Below, piece after piece: positions 39,197-55,400 of a DNA stretch of 64,000 nt. How positions within the stretch are numbered: the stretch's first letter is position 1; each line of letters begins with the position of its first letter. Source of the DNA: Octopus vulgaris (taxonomy: Eukaryota); contig OX597815.1 in the NCBI GenBank assembly GCA_951406725.2, forward strand, positions 122,946,001-123,010,000, given 5' to 3'. Made by a program: the position numbers and the translations under genes. Below the pieces are notes generated by a model. The model had not been told where the DNA came from. It did not search any database and saw nothing but the letters and a program-made list of their open reading frames with translations.

Positions 39197-40768
39197 CTAG
39201 GCTACCCATGTCCCATTGAGTCACCAATTATTCAAGGTATCAGGAAAGTCTGAGTTTTGTTTTGTGTTTATTTATTTTCTTTTCCAGGTTATTTTGCATG
39301 CTTTCAACGAATATGACATTGGAATCGCACGTATATGACTCCTTTCCCCAGAAAAGGAAAGATTTGGCTGCTATTTCTTGCATGTCATGTAACAGGTATT
39401 TTGGGTCCTTTATTGCAATTAGTTGTTACGTGATAGCAGAGTGTGCTAGAAATAACAGCCAAACCTTTGGAGATGAGTTATGTTGAATGCACTCGAAAGA
39501 AGCCTATGGAAAAAACTGTTTCACACCAAGGTTACGAATGGGTCTTTTACGAAATATTTACCGTATTTTTAAAGTCATTTTCACTTTAAAATATTTTGCC
39601 CATCATAATGTGTCTAATGGAAAGGCCGGAGTTTCTTCCCTTGCAGGGTTATGTTATTTTCTGAGTATTTTCCCATTATGCACTTTCAAAACCCCGAATA
39701 TCTCAATAACCACTGGTCCGATTTACGCAAAACTTGTTTTATTCCATTTGTATTCACATTTCAAGGACAGTTTACTTTCGAAGTATTTTCCCATTATGCG
39801 CTGGTTTGGCTGTGTAACAATTGCAAGCAAGATTGAAGTTCATTTTTAATGTAATACAAGACTACCTGTAACCTGTTGAGTCACCAGGAAACTCTGAGTT
39901 TCCCAGCAATGGAGTTCTGTTTTGTGGGGGGGGGGTTCCAGGTTATTTCGCATGCTTTCAACGAATGTGACTTCGAAATCACGCATCAACAGCTCCTTTC
40001 CCCCAGAAAAGGAAAGATTTGGCTGCTATTTCTTGCACGCCCTGCTACCACGTAACAGGTATTTTAGATCCTTTATCGCAAATAGCTGTTATGTGGTAGC
40101 AGGACGTGCTAGAAATAGCAGCCAAATCTTTGGAGGTGAGATACGTTGAATGTACTTGAAAAAACCCATGGAAAAAAAGCTATTTCACACCGAGGTTACA
40201 AACGGGTTTTTACGAAATATTTACCGTATTTTTAAAGTCATTTTCACTTTCAAATATTTTTTAGATATGCCAAAAAAATTTTTGTAATGTTATTCACTTG
40301 AAAATGATTTAAAAAACATTAAAATATTGTTTGTTTAAAGAAAGCTAAAATATAAATAATTGCTATACACATAACTTACATTTTTGAAATGACATTCAAT
40401 TAAAAAAATTTCTAAATGATTAAAATATTGTGTTTAACAAAGCGAAAATAGAAACATTTACTGTAAAAAAAAAAAACATTGTATTTTTTCGTTGTCAAAT
40501 CACTGTCTAATCGAAAGGTTAGAGTTACTTCTCTTTCAGAATAAAGTTATATTCGGAACATGTTCCCATGATACACCGTTTTGGGTATTTATACCACCAA
40601 ACCCCGAATATCTCAATAACTACTGCTCCGATTTACGTGAAAGTTGTTTCATTTCGTTCGTATTAACATTTCAGGGTAAACTTAATTCTTAGTATTTTCC
40701 CATTCTGCACCAGTTTGGCTGAGTAACATTGCATGCAAAGATTCAAAATGACTTTTAATGTAATATAT
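39197..40768 (-). mobile_element. Two tandem diverged copies (39197-39856, 39857-40768) of a probable non-autonomous Helitron-like element
   Basis: 39197-39600 resembles 39857-40260, and 39600-39856 resembles 40495-40765. The minus strand ends in CTAG|T. The classification is inferred. Confidence 0.55.
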
Positions 40769-40769
40769 A

Positions 40770-41260
40770 TGGGTGCTAATTTGGCGTGTGATCTACAATT
40801 TAAAGGGAGATTACTTTAGGTTTAATTTTCAAATTCTAAATTTTTTTATAAATTCTTTTATACATACTTAGCATTGTAGAAGTATTTTTTGAAAATTCTT
40901 ATTATTTTGATAATAATGAAACCATGTTTCATTTATGTCTTAATAAATAATAATAAGAAACCAAGAATAAACGATATGATAATTAAAATAATCGCTTAGA
41001 TCACACAAGTTTGCTAGCCTCAAGTTTTGCAACGTAATGTTGGCAAAATTTCCCCGTTTTTCCCTTTTCTTTGAGCTTCCTTCATTTCTCCACCACATTT
41101 TCTTCATCATCTAAAAGGCCATTTCATGCAACTACCTTCTTCTCGTCGTTGATCACATTGAAAAAATGTTTAGCCAACCTCTTACGGATTTTTAGAAATT
41201 GAAAAGTAACCTAAAGTAATCTCCCTTTAAATTGTAGATCACATACCAAAGTAGCACCTG
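40770..41260. mobile_element. MITE with about 53-bp TIRs (Tc1/mariner superfamily)
   Basis: ggtgctaatttggcgtgtgatctacaatttaaagggagattactttaggtt is mirrored at about 41208-41260. Confidence 0.8.
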
Positions 41261-41997
41261 TGTGTATGTGTATCTTGCCTTAGTGTATGTGAAGAGTTTC
41301 TATCAACTTAGTTTGAATGGATTTATTTCCCTTGATTAGTTTGTATTTAGGGTGTTACCTGAATATAGCTGCTAATATCAGGAAACATACTTTTGTCAAT
41401 ATTGGTAGCATCAAGTGATATTACGTCTGCAATCAATTGACCATTAAATCGTATTATTGTAGTTGGTAATATGTATATATTGCAAATACACAAATGCGAA
41501 ATTTATTTCAATCTTATTTTAATTTATCTTTTACTCGTTTCGGTCATTTGACTGCAGTCATGCCGGGGTACCGCTTCGAAGGGTTCTAGTCGAACAAATC
41601 GATCCCAGTACTTTTTCTTTTCAAACCTAGTACTTATTCTATTGGTTACTTTTGCCGAATCGCTAAGTTACGGTGACGTAAACACACCAACACTGGTCGT
41701 CAAGCAGTGATGGGGACAAACACAAACACATGGGCCGGGCTTCTTTCAGTTTCTGTCAACCAAATGCACTTACAAGGCTTTGATCAGCTACAGGCTATAG
41801 AAGACATTTGCCCAAAGTTCCATGCAGTGACACTGAACTTGAAACTACGTGGTTGGGAAACAAGCTTCTTACCACATATCCATCACTGTAATTTAATTAA
41901 TATTTTTAATTAATTTGAAAATTAGTTTTTATTTGCTATAAAATTTGGAAAAGGTAAAATCATAATTATTGTACTTCTGTAACATTACTTAATTATA

Positions 41998-42422
41998 CAG
42001 GTCGTCGTCAACTTACGACCGATCGCCTTTACGACGTTTGGCGCGCCAGCTCCCGGTAGCAATAATAGATAGTCCAGCTGAGATCTAATGAGTTTAATTT
42101 CTTAGAAATTAACCTGTCTACGAATGATGTCAGCTAACAAACGCTTCCCCTAGGTTTGGTTATTGATTGCGACAGTGTTGGATGACTATCTTGTCGCGAA
42201 GACATCGAGGCAACCTCGTATTTGTTTATAAGACGACTGCTTGAGACTCCTAAATTTTTGACTAACGCCATTATAATAGTATAATACAGAATGCTGCGTG
42301 TGACTTTTACCTGAGAATGTACCTTTAGAAAGTAAAAATATAAAACAAAGCTATGTGGGCCTGTAGGTCGACTTATACCTGTCAGTCAGAACCAATTGTG
42401 GTCGTAAGTCGACGACGACCTG
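41998..42422. mobile_element. Tigger/pogo-like MITE
   Basis: 23-bp TIRs caggtcgtcgtc(a/g)acttacgacc with a TA duplication. Confidence 0.85.
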
Positions 42423-42501
42423 TATTACATTAAGTATCAAAATACATACTCGTAACATTACTCATTACATGATGGTAACACTCTAGTTAATATATTAACA
42501 T

Positions 42502-43498
42502 TGTAGCGTATCTGATATCCTCACTGTTTGAGAGACACAATAAGAATGATCTCGTTTGAGATTATAACCATCTTTGGCTGGTTTGACCCTGTTGTGTCCA
42601 TTGATCTGATTGTTTGGCATCTAGTGCGGTTTGTCTCTCGACTTATTTCGCGCCAGTGTGTAAGCCAACCAATCACGGCCTTTAGATAAGGTCTCGTGAC
42701 ACTGTGTTTCAGATGCTCCTTTTTGAGCCATTTTAACCCTTTAAATAAGCCTGCTTTCACTATTCTACGTCTTTCGACTTCAGACCTTTTAAGGTCTAGT
42801 CACTGACCACAGAGCTACTTAGCCATGTTCCACTTCCAGCGACAGATGACCAACCTGCCAGCCATGCTCCTGCTTCAGTCACGACGACACTAATGTACAC
42901 CCGCAACAGGACGTTTTCCATCTCCGCCGCTGTCATCACCATCGTCGTCCTTCAACTCTATGTCGTCTCCATCTCCGTCGACTTCAACAACATGTACACA
43001 TCAACCACGACCCGGTTTGACTCCACGCTGTTTGTGCGAATCTTTTCACCGAGAAGGAACAGTCAGTCTACATCATCATCATCATCATCATTTAACCTGA
43101 AAGAATATCTGTATCAAGAGACTCGTGCACGTCATTGAGGTCACAACTTCTACACGTGTAGTAATCGGCCTCTGCCAATCTGACCGCTAACATCTTGTTA
43201 TAGAACTCTTGCTATTGTGTACCTTATGAACTGGTAAACTAACTCTATCTTAATTCAATATGCTGAGACTTATCTTATGCTCTGAATTTCTGTTGTAGAT
43301 GCATACACCTTTGTCTGTACCTTCTGTCGCACACACGAACACACAGACACAAATACTATGCGCACCCATTCATACACAACATTTCGCTAGCACTCACAAC
43401 ACTTTCACTTTGTACACTGTGTAAATAAAGTCTTCTTCTCTCTCAAACAGTGGAGCGGCTTGTCGTCCTTCATTATATCTTTTGGCACTGTATTTATA
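42502..43498 (+). mobile_element. Solo LTR (probably Gypsy-type)
   Basis: Begins TGTAGCGTA and ends gcactgtatttata like the 57767 element; shares the internal block cttttaaggtctag.cactgaccaca. AATAAA near 43423; flanks ACAT/TCAT. Confidence 0.65.
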
Positions 43499-44250
43499 TC
43501 ATGCATTTGGCTTCAATATTATGTTAGGGGCGACCATGCGGCGTTCAAAAAGAGACATTTGTCACCAACTCCTTACGTACGGTCGTATTTTTCTCTACAT
43601 CATAATCATTGTTTTAAAGTCCACATACGTTTTTCGTTTGCGCAGATACGATTAACTTACTTCTTTTTAATATTAGTTTCAGTAATGAGGCAGCGAGCTA
43701 GCAGAATCGTTAGTACGCCCAGTGAAATGCTTAGCAGCTTTTCGTTCGTCTCCCCGCTTTGAGTCCTTTCGGGGTACTGGGATTGATGTAATCGACTTAC
43801 CACCTTCCCCCGAAACTTTCCTTGCGAAATGTGCCGGCAGTTTTTAATGATTTCCTGCAGGTGATGAAATCAAGAATATTGCCAGCCACTGGCCTAGAGA
43901 AAAGAAACCAGCATTTACATAAAGTTCGCAAAGTGGAATTAATTATTTTTCCTGTAAAATGATTTATTCAACGTTGCTTAGATTTTGTACGAAGCAGACG
44001 ACACAGACCAGTGACTATTTCCATGTCAATAATTTTTCTTTTGTTTTGTTTTCGGACGGTGGAGATTGGCAAGACAGAAAAATATTGAGGCACAGGCGTG
44101 GCTGTGTGATAAGAAGCTTGGTTCCCAATCACATGGTTCCGAGTTCAGTTCTATGGTGTGACACCTTGAGCCAGTGTCTTCTACTATAACCTCAGGCCGA
44201 CCGCAGCTTTGTGAGTGGATTTGGTATACGGAAACTGGAAGAAGCTCGTC

Positions 44251-44341
<91 letters not shown>

Positions 44342-46075
44342 TGTTTGTCCCCCCACCATCGCTTGACAACCGATGCCGGTGTGTCTACGTTCCCGTAACT
44401 TAACGGTTCGGCAAAAGAGACCGAGAAAATAAGTACTAGGCTTTGAAGAAAAATCCTGGGGATTTGACTTGTTCCACTAAAAGAAAAAACCCTTCGAATA
44501 AAAAAATTACATGCTTTACTCACTAGTTCAATATCTTGATACTTTGGGGTTCAAAAATTCATCTGACATTGACAAAAGTATATAATTGATACACAAGTTT
44601 TGATTCAACCAACTGCGTCCTTTCCTTTCAGCCTCCTAAGTCTGATAGAATAAATACTAATCAAATACTAGGGTCGCTATAATCAATTAAACTCTTCAAC
44701 AGAACAAAAGTCTGATTGTATTAATTTTTATTACCATTTCCGTTTCCAGTCTTAATTACAAACATATTGATCAATCAGTGTGTGTGGCATTTGAATATAC
44801 GCCTCTTTTTCTTTTCTTTTCTTTTTTTTTTTTCTTTTTTTACATTGAATTTTGTTTGCCGACTGCATTCGGCTCGTACCAGCCAATATTTAGAAAAGTA
44901 CCTTTAGATGGCCATCATTGAAATTAGTTACTAAAAATACTCTTCCATATCATGCATGAATCAGAAAGCGCTCAAGTATTTAATACTTTTGCTATTAAAC
45001 GAAAATTTCATGAGATATGAAAAATATGAATATCAATTAATGTTGGACCTTGAATAGAAAAGAAGAACGAAAAATATTGAACTAATTAGAAAATAATGAA
45101 AATAACCTTGATGGACGAATATATTCAGTTTCAACTTTTTTTTTATATACGGTCATCAGTTTTGAACAAGTCTATTTAAAATAATAAATTGCTTTGTACA
45201 GTTGATATAATTCTGTTGACTGGAAACTGATATTAGATGCAGTCTACTTCTTGGAATTTTGTCCCGATTTCTTACCTGATTTTATTTTTACGTTTTCGCG
45301 AACAATTTCATGAATAGAATAATCGAAATGTAGATTATAACGTATATATTACGATAAACTACAAATTTTAACAATTGCTGCGACGTCTATTCAGACACTC
45401 GAATACAAATATGAATAAATGTCTTTTTTTTATTATCTCTCTCTGAATAGAGATTTTTCGCAGTATGTTCTGTTCACGGAAAGATGTAAGATAAAACAAA
45501 AAGGCATTTGTTCACATTTGTTCCTGTATATTAGGTTAAACACCACAGCGATGGCTAAAATTTTTTGTTTATTATTAGATAAACCTTACCATTTCAGATT
45601 ATGCAATATACGCTGTTTTAGTGCATCATTAATTAATTATAAAGTCTACGACATTTTCTTTTTATACAAACCAAATTGGAAATAAATAAAAGACACTTCG
45701 ACACAGAAATATATTTTCTGGTGTTTTAGTCAGGTTTTTAAAAAAAATCAAATACTAACAAGCTCTCTCTCTCTCTCTCCCTTACACTCTCTCTTTCTCA
45801 AATACTAACATTCTTTCTTTCTTTCTTTCTTTCTCGCTGTTATTGTTCAAGGAATAAAATCCATGTTTGAATTTATTTTGTTGTCATTTAGATTGGTATC
45901 TTTTTTCGTCTCACTCTTCCGAGCCTGGTTGGGAAAAATGACGTTTGAGAATAATTGGCTCGAAACATTGTTTCATACTGTCGGAAATCTCCACAAAATA
46001 TCAGTGGACGACTTTTCTTATTACTAAAATAAGTCCTCTCTCCTTTGTCGCCATTTTAAACGTTGAACAGCCATT

Positions 46076-47239
<1,164 letters not shown>

Positions 47240-48306
47240 TCATTAGCAATATCGTATATAAATATTTTATATCTTGAAAAAACCCCGAAAAAAATGAATT
47301 AATAAAGCATAAATTAGAACGTGACAATAAATAAGAAATATATATACACATATATACACAAGCATACAAACGTACATACATACATGCATATATCTGTACA
47401 TGTATATACACATACATGCACGCATACGCACAAATACATACATACATACATACATACATACATACATACATACATACATACATACATACATACATACATA
47501 CATACATACACGCCTAATCTCAAAATAATAAATTGCTATTTGAAGTTGATTCCAGATGGACATGTAAATGTATTCTGGATCCTAATCTCGTAGACATCAT
47601 GAAACTACGAGAAGAGAATAAAGTTTATATGTTATATGTCTGTGCCGCCATATTGAAGTTTGAAGTCGTTAATACGATTATTGGGAAACCATTAAGTCTC
47701 TTACAGGCTTTATATTTCATCAACTATCATAAGTCAGAATAATCTGCATCAATCCTTACTATCGGCTGGAGTTTTTTATTTGTTTTTTTTTTTGCAATTT
47801 ATCCTAATTAATCCTAAATTACTACGATTTAGATTGCTCCATTTACGGGTCTAAATATCATTGTGTCTATCTATAATTAGGACTATATGTGTAACAATCC
47901 AACAAGGGTAAAATTTTCGTAGTCGCCTAAACGGTTAGGAAAACACAGCCAAATCTACCTAGATTCACATCCTACCGGCTTATAAAAGAAAAAACACATG
48001 GGTTAATGTAGTCCTTGATGTATAAAAATATTAATGGTCATAGCCAGATTTCTTTTAATCACATGGTTAACCATGCGCTATACAAGACAAAATTTTAAAA
48101 ATATGCGTATGTGTTTTAAAGATAGCCTTGTAGTATTTTAATCTTTAAAAATACATTTTGTATCTTTAAGTTCATTATTTTCACAACCGCCCACATTCAG
48201 ACTAATTAAAACTGTATCATATGTCATACATGGCATATATCGGTTTTTATGTCATTAAAGGTATGGCAATTCCTTCCTGACAACAAGTCAGTTTAAAATA
48301 TATATA

Positions 48307-48486
48307 CGAGGGAATGTTGAAAAGTTCCTGGGTTTGAAAATGCAGGAGGATCAGTTGATTATGATTTTATTCAACATATTCCCCACATAGATTTACTTAC
48401 TGCACCGGTCCTTCAGTTTTTCTAAAAGTTTTTGTAAAATAACTCCAAACATTGGGGCTCCAAACAAACTTTTCAGCACCCCCTCG
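48307..48486. mobile_element. Short mariner-derived MITE (180 bp)
   Basis: TIRs cgagggaatgttgaaaagtt and aacttttcagcaccccctcg, TA-flanked. Confidence 0.75.
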
Positions 48487-48502
48487 TATGTGTGTATATG
48501 TA

Positions 48503-48624
<122 letters not shown>

Positions 48625-49672
48625 CATAGATACATAGATACATAGATTGATAGAAAGAGAGAGAGAGAGAGTGAGAGAGAGAGAGCGGGAGGGAGAGAGA
48701 GAGGGAGAGGGAGAGAGAGAGATGAGTGTGTGTGTAAACACGCTGTTTCTTTGATATAGTATGAACATGGCTTCATTTATTTGCTTTGGTTCGCAAGATA
48801 TAAAAGTATTTCCAGCTCTACCCTCCTTCGAATAAGTTTGCTAAGCCTTCTTCCAAACCATCGAACTGAATGTTTGACAGCATTTAATTTGATACTTCGT
48901 TATTCTTTATTCAAATGTTACTAGGGTGGACTTCGATATTGATCCACCTTATGTCGATAAAATAAATTCCTGTAACCGACTGAAGCACATTCTATCAACT
49001 TTATCTATTGCAATGTAGACAGAAGCACTTTATATTTTTTAGGGTTAAGGAGAGGAAACCTATGGGAGAGTAGGCAAAAATAATATTGAATTTTCGGACA
49101 ACATTACGCATATTTGAGTCATATTTGCACCTGAAATTTGCTTCAGCTGCAGTTTAAAGAATTGAAATACGATTAGAGTGAGACATGTTTTCTGTCGTGA
49201 CTTACAAACCACTATTATACTGCAGAACATCCGCAGATTTGATCAACCCCGTATGTGCGCTGTCGAAGTTGATAATGCTGAAAGAGGGCATGATAGTTGT
49301 GGGAGGGATCAAATGACGACAACGCTATTGATCACTTTGTATGGATGAACAATAAATACATATCTCTTATGTACTTCCATTTCTCCAGATTAACTATCTT
49401 GAAACCTACAATTTTGTCTTTGACGTGTAATCGTTGACACTGCAAATCTATATCACCTGATTAAAATCACCGTGCTAAGCTGAGTTAATCCGTAATAAAC
49501 TTTCATCCCTCTTGCTTCGAATAGAACATCTGCTCTCTTTATCCTTAATCCCAGTTTACATTTAATTTTGTCTTTTGTTTGACGATTCTTTCAACTACTG
49601 AAAATATCAGACGAGGCAGTAAAACTCAGCACAAGGTTACTGATCTCTCTCGTTTTCTCTTTCTTTAACGCC

Positions 49673-49690
49673 CTCTCTCTCTCTCTCTCG

Positions 49691-49740
<50 letters not shown>

Positions 49741-49775
49741 CTCTCTCTCGCTCTCTCTCTCTCCCTATCTCTCTG

Positions 49776-49838
<63 letters not shown>

Positions 49839-49853
49839 TTCTCTCTCTCTCTC
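49673..49853. repeat. (CT)n/(CA)n compound microsatellite
   Basis: Seen directly. Confidence 0.95.
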
Positions 49854-50508
49854 AAAGGAAAAACATTAAAAATGTAAAAAATAGGTTTTCACTAGATTAA
49901 TCATTATTGAAAAGGTTTTCATTATACATATTTTATTAATGGTGTTAAGTAGAAGCGAATTTCATTTTGTCGATATTGTTTGCGTGTCCAACAGTCAATT
50001 TTCATGCAAGGAATAATTAGCCAGACAATTAACCTCATTTTGTATTTTACTGTATTTTTAACATCAGAGATTTTTGCTTGCTAAAATCGTCCAAAAGTGT
50101 AAGATTGAAGAGGGATTCGAAATCACAGAAAGGAAACTAACAAAAATGTAACTGAGAGAGGGGGGAAGGAGAGAGAGGGCAAAGGAGAAAAGGGGGGAAT
50201 ATATGTGCACGTGAACATCATCGATGGCGGATCTTCATTAAATCATTTTATTAGTGTAATTAGTGCTCATTAATATGACTTTCGAAATCAACTTCAGTCA
50301 GTGAATCGGAGTGTCTTACAAAGTGATTAAAGTGGCGAATTTGCAGAATCGTTAGAACATTGGGTAAATTGCTTTGAGTTATTCTTTTTGGCTCTCAGCT
50401 TTAAGAATTCAAATACTAGAGGCCAACAGTATCTTTTCTTCTTTCGTGATCGATAAAGAAAGTACCAGTTCTATGCTGGGATAGATCCTTTTCTCTCTCT
50501 CTCTCTCT

Positions 50509-50570
<62 letters not shown>

Positions 50571-50579
50571 CTATCTCTG

Positions 50580-50653
<74 letters not shown>
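50509..50653. repeat. (TATC)n microsatellite
   Basis: Seen directly. Confidence 0.95.
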
Positions 50654-50658
<5 letters not shown>

Positions 50659-53600
50659 CTCTTTCTCCCTCTCCTCTCTGGAAGAAATCGGCTGCAGCAA
50701 AACCTGGAAAGGGATGCGTTCCACTAGTTCTAAAAAATGTCAAGACAAGCCGCATATCATGACGGCGCTCCAAAGACTTCGTCAGGAATTGAACACCCTA
50801 AGGCAATGCAAGACAAGCAAAATGCTTGCGTCGTAGGTTAGAAAACTGATCAGTAAAATTAAGATAATACGAAAAAACCATTGGGAAAACCTGGCACATA
50901 TAGTCATTAAGAGCTAATGAGGTGCATAGATTTTTCTAAAAATTAAGCTGTTACGAAATTCATGTCAACGACCTAATAAATAAGTGGATTACAAGTCTTA
51001 GTCGAAAAGTATATGTAATTTCCTGGTTCGAATCCAGTCTGGTATGAGATGGCAATATTAGTTGCTAATTTAGATACAGGATTAGCATTTTGAGGGGAAG
51101 AGGCCGGTCGATACCCTCGATTCCAGTTCTTAACTTGTAATCTATTTTATCAGTCCCAGAGGGAAGAAAGACAAAGTTGACCTAGGTGAGGTCTGCAACC
51201 AGAACATAAAGAGCCAGTATAAATACTGCAAGGCATTTTTCTAACGCCCTTACAATTATCTAGAGTAAGACAATTTCCTGGAGATGTGGAAAGCCTAACG
51301 GAAAATTTATAAGTCTTCGAATTACAAAATGCATCTTAGCATATCACAAGAACAAAAATAGACAAAGAAATTTCGTCCAGCCGTTTACAAATCCAGAGTA
51401 TTTCCCTATCACGTGGTAAAAGTTTTATCCAAATGGCTCCCTATCAGGTTAGAGTTACTATTGCGCAAAGAAAAAGAGATTCTGTTATACCTTATCTCTA
51501 GGTGTTCTGTCTTGATCGCAATCTTGTTGCAACATATATTTATGAGAGGAGCTACATATCTTTCGCAGTCAGTTTTCCCTCAATAAGAATCTACTCATAA
51601 TTCTGTGCAAAAATTATATTGACCAATAAAAACGCTTTCTCAACACTGAAACCCCATCAAATATAGAACAACACTTTTAAATAAAGAATGATACATTAAC
51701 AATAACTTTATGAATTCTTTACGATATTGGTTTCAAATTTTGGCACAAGGCCAGCAATTCTGGGGAAGGAACGAGCCGATTACATCGACTCCAGTGCTCA
51801 ACTGGTACTTATTTTATAAACCCCGATAGTTGAAGACGACCTTGGCGAAATTTAAACGCAGAACAAAGACTGACGAAATGCCGCTAAGCACTTTGTCCGG
51901 CATGTTAACGATTCTGCCAGCTCGTCGCCTTAAATTCTTTATCATATTAAGAGGAAATTATCTGCACATTTGGCTAACGTCAATAAAAACTGTTCTCATT
52001 CATATTTTATTGATTCATACATAGCTATTTGATTGGATTTTATTCAGTTCTTTATAAAGAAAATGTCCCGTTTTTTTAAAATATATTTTTGTTTTCAGAA
52101 ACACCTCTTGCTTTTGAAATTCCTTTAGTTCTTTTTCCAACGTTGAAGAACATTCAAGATTAGTTTCTTTCTTTGATATCTGGCATAAGTAGGAGACATT
52201 ATAAATTATAAAGAGAAATCAAAAAATATTTTATAGTGTTCATGTCTTTCTTTTGACCATCAGTGATATAAATGAAATGAAATAACTCGGACTGGGATTT
52301 GAAACTCAGTCGAGAATTCAGCTCCGACCCTGAACATACGAACATTTCATCACGTCGAACATCTGTCTATTTGTCTGTTTGTCTGTCTGTTCGTCTATCT
52401 GTCTGTCCCCCCACTCTCTCTCTAGTGGGGTTTAAGACTGAATGATAAGAACGCTGTTTTAAATCTTTGAACACTTATCAAATAATATATTGCATGATGA
52501 AATGGATTAGCTTAAAATTGCATTCTTCTAATCCCGGTATTGTTCAAAAGAAAAAAGAAGAAGGATTATGCAAAAATGATGTTTCAGTACTTTATAACTT
52601 TGTACTATTCTCTCTTCTGAATCAATAAATTTGAAGATCGTAATTAATTGTTAATAGACAAATGTAGTGATTATAGAGTATGCAATGATTGTATACCTCC
52701 TCACAAAATTAAGTATGGATTGCGTTTTACAACTGACAGTCTGTAAACAGATTTTTTAAACAAAAATAGACCTTGGATCAATGATATGGATTCTACAACA
52801 GCTGGAGCTCCAATCTGCATGACTTCCATTATGACAGCCTGATAAAATATCAATTTCCAGATATTCATTTTCCAACATATCAAAGCCGGTTTGGTGTTGA
52901 GCAATTTCTTTATCTAAAGTATCTCATTGCTTACACTTAAAATCACAGTCCAGTTTAATCTTTCATTCCTTTGGTACCAATAGAACTAGTTTTAAAATTT
53001 TGCTTCATCGAACACAAAATAATGTTACTAACAACTCTATAATTTTATTTCTAGTTCTCAAATCTGACAATAAAAATCTTGAAGCTGATTATTTTAAGAA
53101 ATGCAGTTTTAAATAGTGATTCTATTGACGTGATGACGATGTCAACAACGATAGCATACACAATATTAATGGTAAGACAAAAATTATACTCTTAATCTGT
53201 TCGAGTCATTAGGGGAATTTTAATGGAAAGCTAAATTACTAATTTGAAGACCAGGTTTAATACTCTTATAAAGAATTTTCTTATTTAGATATCTAACGAA
53301 GAAACGTGTTAAAGGACAACTACCAATACTTAGGAAACTAAAACCTGGATTAAGAGAGTAACCTTCTAACACGCTGCTGATATATTTAATCAATTGTATT
53401 CAAGGGAATTACGTTAAATCGTCAGTTATAGCAAGTAAGACTGATACAGAAATTTATAAAGACAGATAATATTATATACGTATTTACATTTTAAACAAAG
53501 CTTAGCGTGCAGATATGAAGAGTGCATATGAGAGAGAATAAAAGTGTTAGAATCTGTGATGAAGCTTGAATATGCAATGACCATAAAGCTACATGTCCTT

Positions 53601-53744
53601 ATCGGTACCCTTCATCAGCATTACCATCTTTACGCAAACAAGCATTGAATTTTAAGATGGTTTTGAACCTTGCACAATTGCGACTTGTATCTCGCCTATG
53701 TGTTTTGACTTGATTTCGTTTCAAATAGACCGCAAAAGTTTCAT

Positions 53745-53746
<2 letters not shown>

Positions 53747-53830
<84 letters not shown>

Positions 53831-53860
53831 TGTATGTATGTATGTATGTATGTATGTATA
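53747..53860. repeat. (TA)n(TATG)n microsatellite
   Basis: Seen directly. Confidence 0.95.
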
Positions 53861-54479
53861 CACATACATATATATAACGTTGAGATGGTTATTGAAATTG
53901 AAGTTATTGAAATCATTTTAAAGGAAATGATTCTTTTATTTTTTGTTAGCCAAAGAATACATGTTTGGATTATTAGAAAAAAGAAAAATGAAACGGGCGA
54001 TTAAAACATAACGTGAAAAACTCGATGGCTCATTGCATTACACCTTAGTGTAATAATCTGGGGCTATATTGGTCATTACCTTGAATCATCCATTATTTCT
54101 CAGGTTTTCTTTCTCTTCTTTCTTAGGGGTCACCACTAACCCTGTTCACTTTTACTTCTTTAAACTCAACTTCCTTTGCCTAGATAATATTGGCAACCTC
54201 TACCACATGTTTTAACAAGAACCTCCAGTGGTGTACTGACAATCTAGTTTGTTTTGCAGATGTGTCGTAGAGACACTTCACCCAGAAATTGTTGTCGTTG
54301 TTGTTGTTGTTGCAGATGTTGTTTCCAAAAACTACCTATGACTTCCACATCCTAAAATGTTAAATCTTGCAACATACGGGTGAGGATGATACATGACAAT
54401 AAAGACTTAGATCAAAGATAAAACTATTCAAACAACTAGTTTGTTAAGTCCTCGAATATTCTTTTTTAGATCTGATTTG

Positions 54480-55400
54480 ATGCTTAAAATGCAACAGCTC
54501 CTTAGTGTGTGGATCGATGATGACACCTAAGCGTAACATGCCGATAAATACCTAGGCTATTTAAACGAAAACTTAGTTTGTACGACGGTTTGCAGAAAGC
54601 AGAACGAGTAACTTCTAATGCAAAGCAATTTCTTGCTAATAAAGTCTGATTTGAGAGGTTTAAGAGGCACTTTATTTTTGTACATTAAAATGAACAGTGA
54701 AACAGCCAGTCCTGTAAAATAGCTGTTACTAGTTATTCCGAGGAGCTGAACAAAATATTAGTTAGAGGAGGTTGTACATTAAAACAAGTGCATGATGTTG
54801 ATGAAACCGGGATTCTCTGGAAGCTCATGATTATTGGTACAGAAAAATCAGCTCCAGTCTTTAAAGCTTCCAAATATCGTCTAACGCATTTTTATGACTG
54901 GGTGGGGTACTGCTGAGGAATGAAATTAAAGCCCCTTACTTGTAGTTCACTCTAAAAACTGAAACGCATCCAAAGGCTATTATAATGTAATCTACATTTG
55001 ATTTCGTGTTCAAATGAGAAGGCTTGGGTGATACAACGAGCTTTCTCTGAGATTGATTTACAGACATTTTGCTGTGTTATAGAAAAATATAGTCTCAGGA
55101 TTAATATTTACAACAAAGTATTGTTCCTTTTAGACAATTCACAAGTGAACATAAATTATCTTTTTGATGATGAGTTGAATATATCCTCAAGAACACAATT
55201 TCCTTGGATAAAGAAGTGATAGCTAACTTCATCGATATGTTACCTTAGAATAACTCGTAAATGCAATTGATAGGTAAGTTAAAACCTATAGTTCGACTTT
55301 TAGAAAATGCTTAATATTATAGAAGCTGTAATTATTATAGCTGAGTCATCGTATGAATTGAAACCCTCAGCTAAGAATAGTGTTTGGCAAAATACAATCA
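54480..55400 (+). pseudogene. Highly degenerate Tigger/pogo (TIGD-like) transposase
   Basis: Remnants LSVWID, FERFKRH, QVHDVDETGILWK, EKSAPVFKASKYRLT, KLKPL, SNEKAWV and KVLFLLDNS. Confidence 0.8.

Noticed and set aside
45105-45170. Minus-strand CUGAUGA...GAAAC...GUC hammerhead-like motif
   Set aside because: Stem II and proximal stem I do not pair; probably chance or fully decayed.
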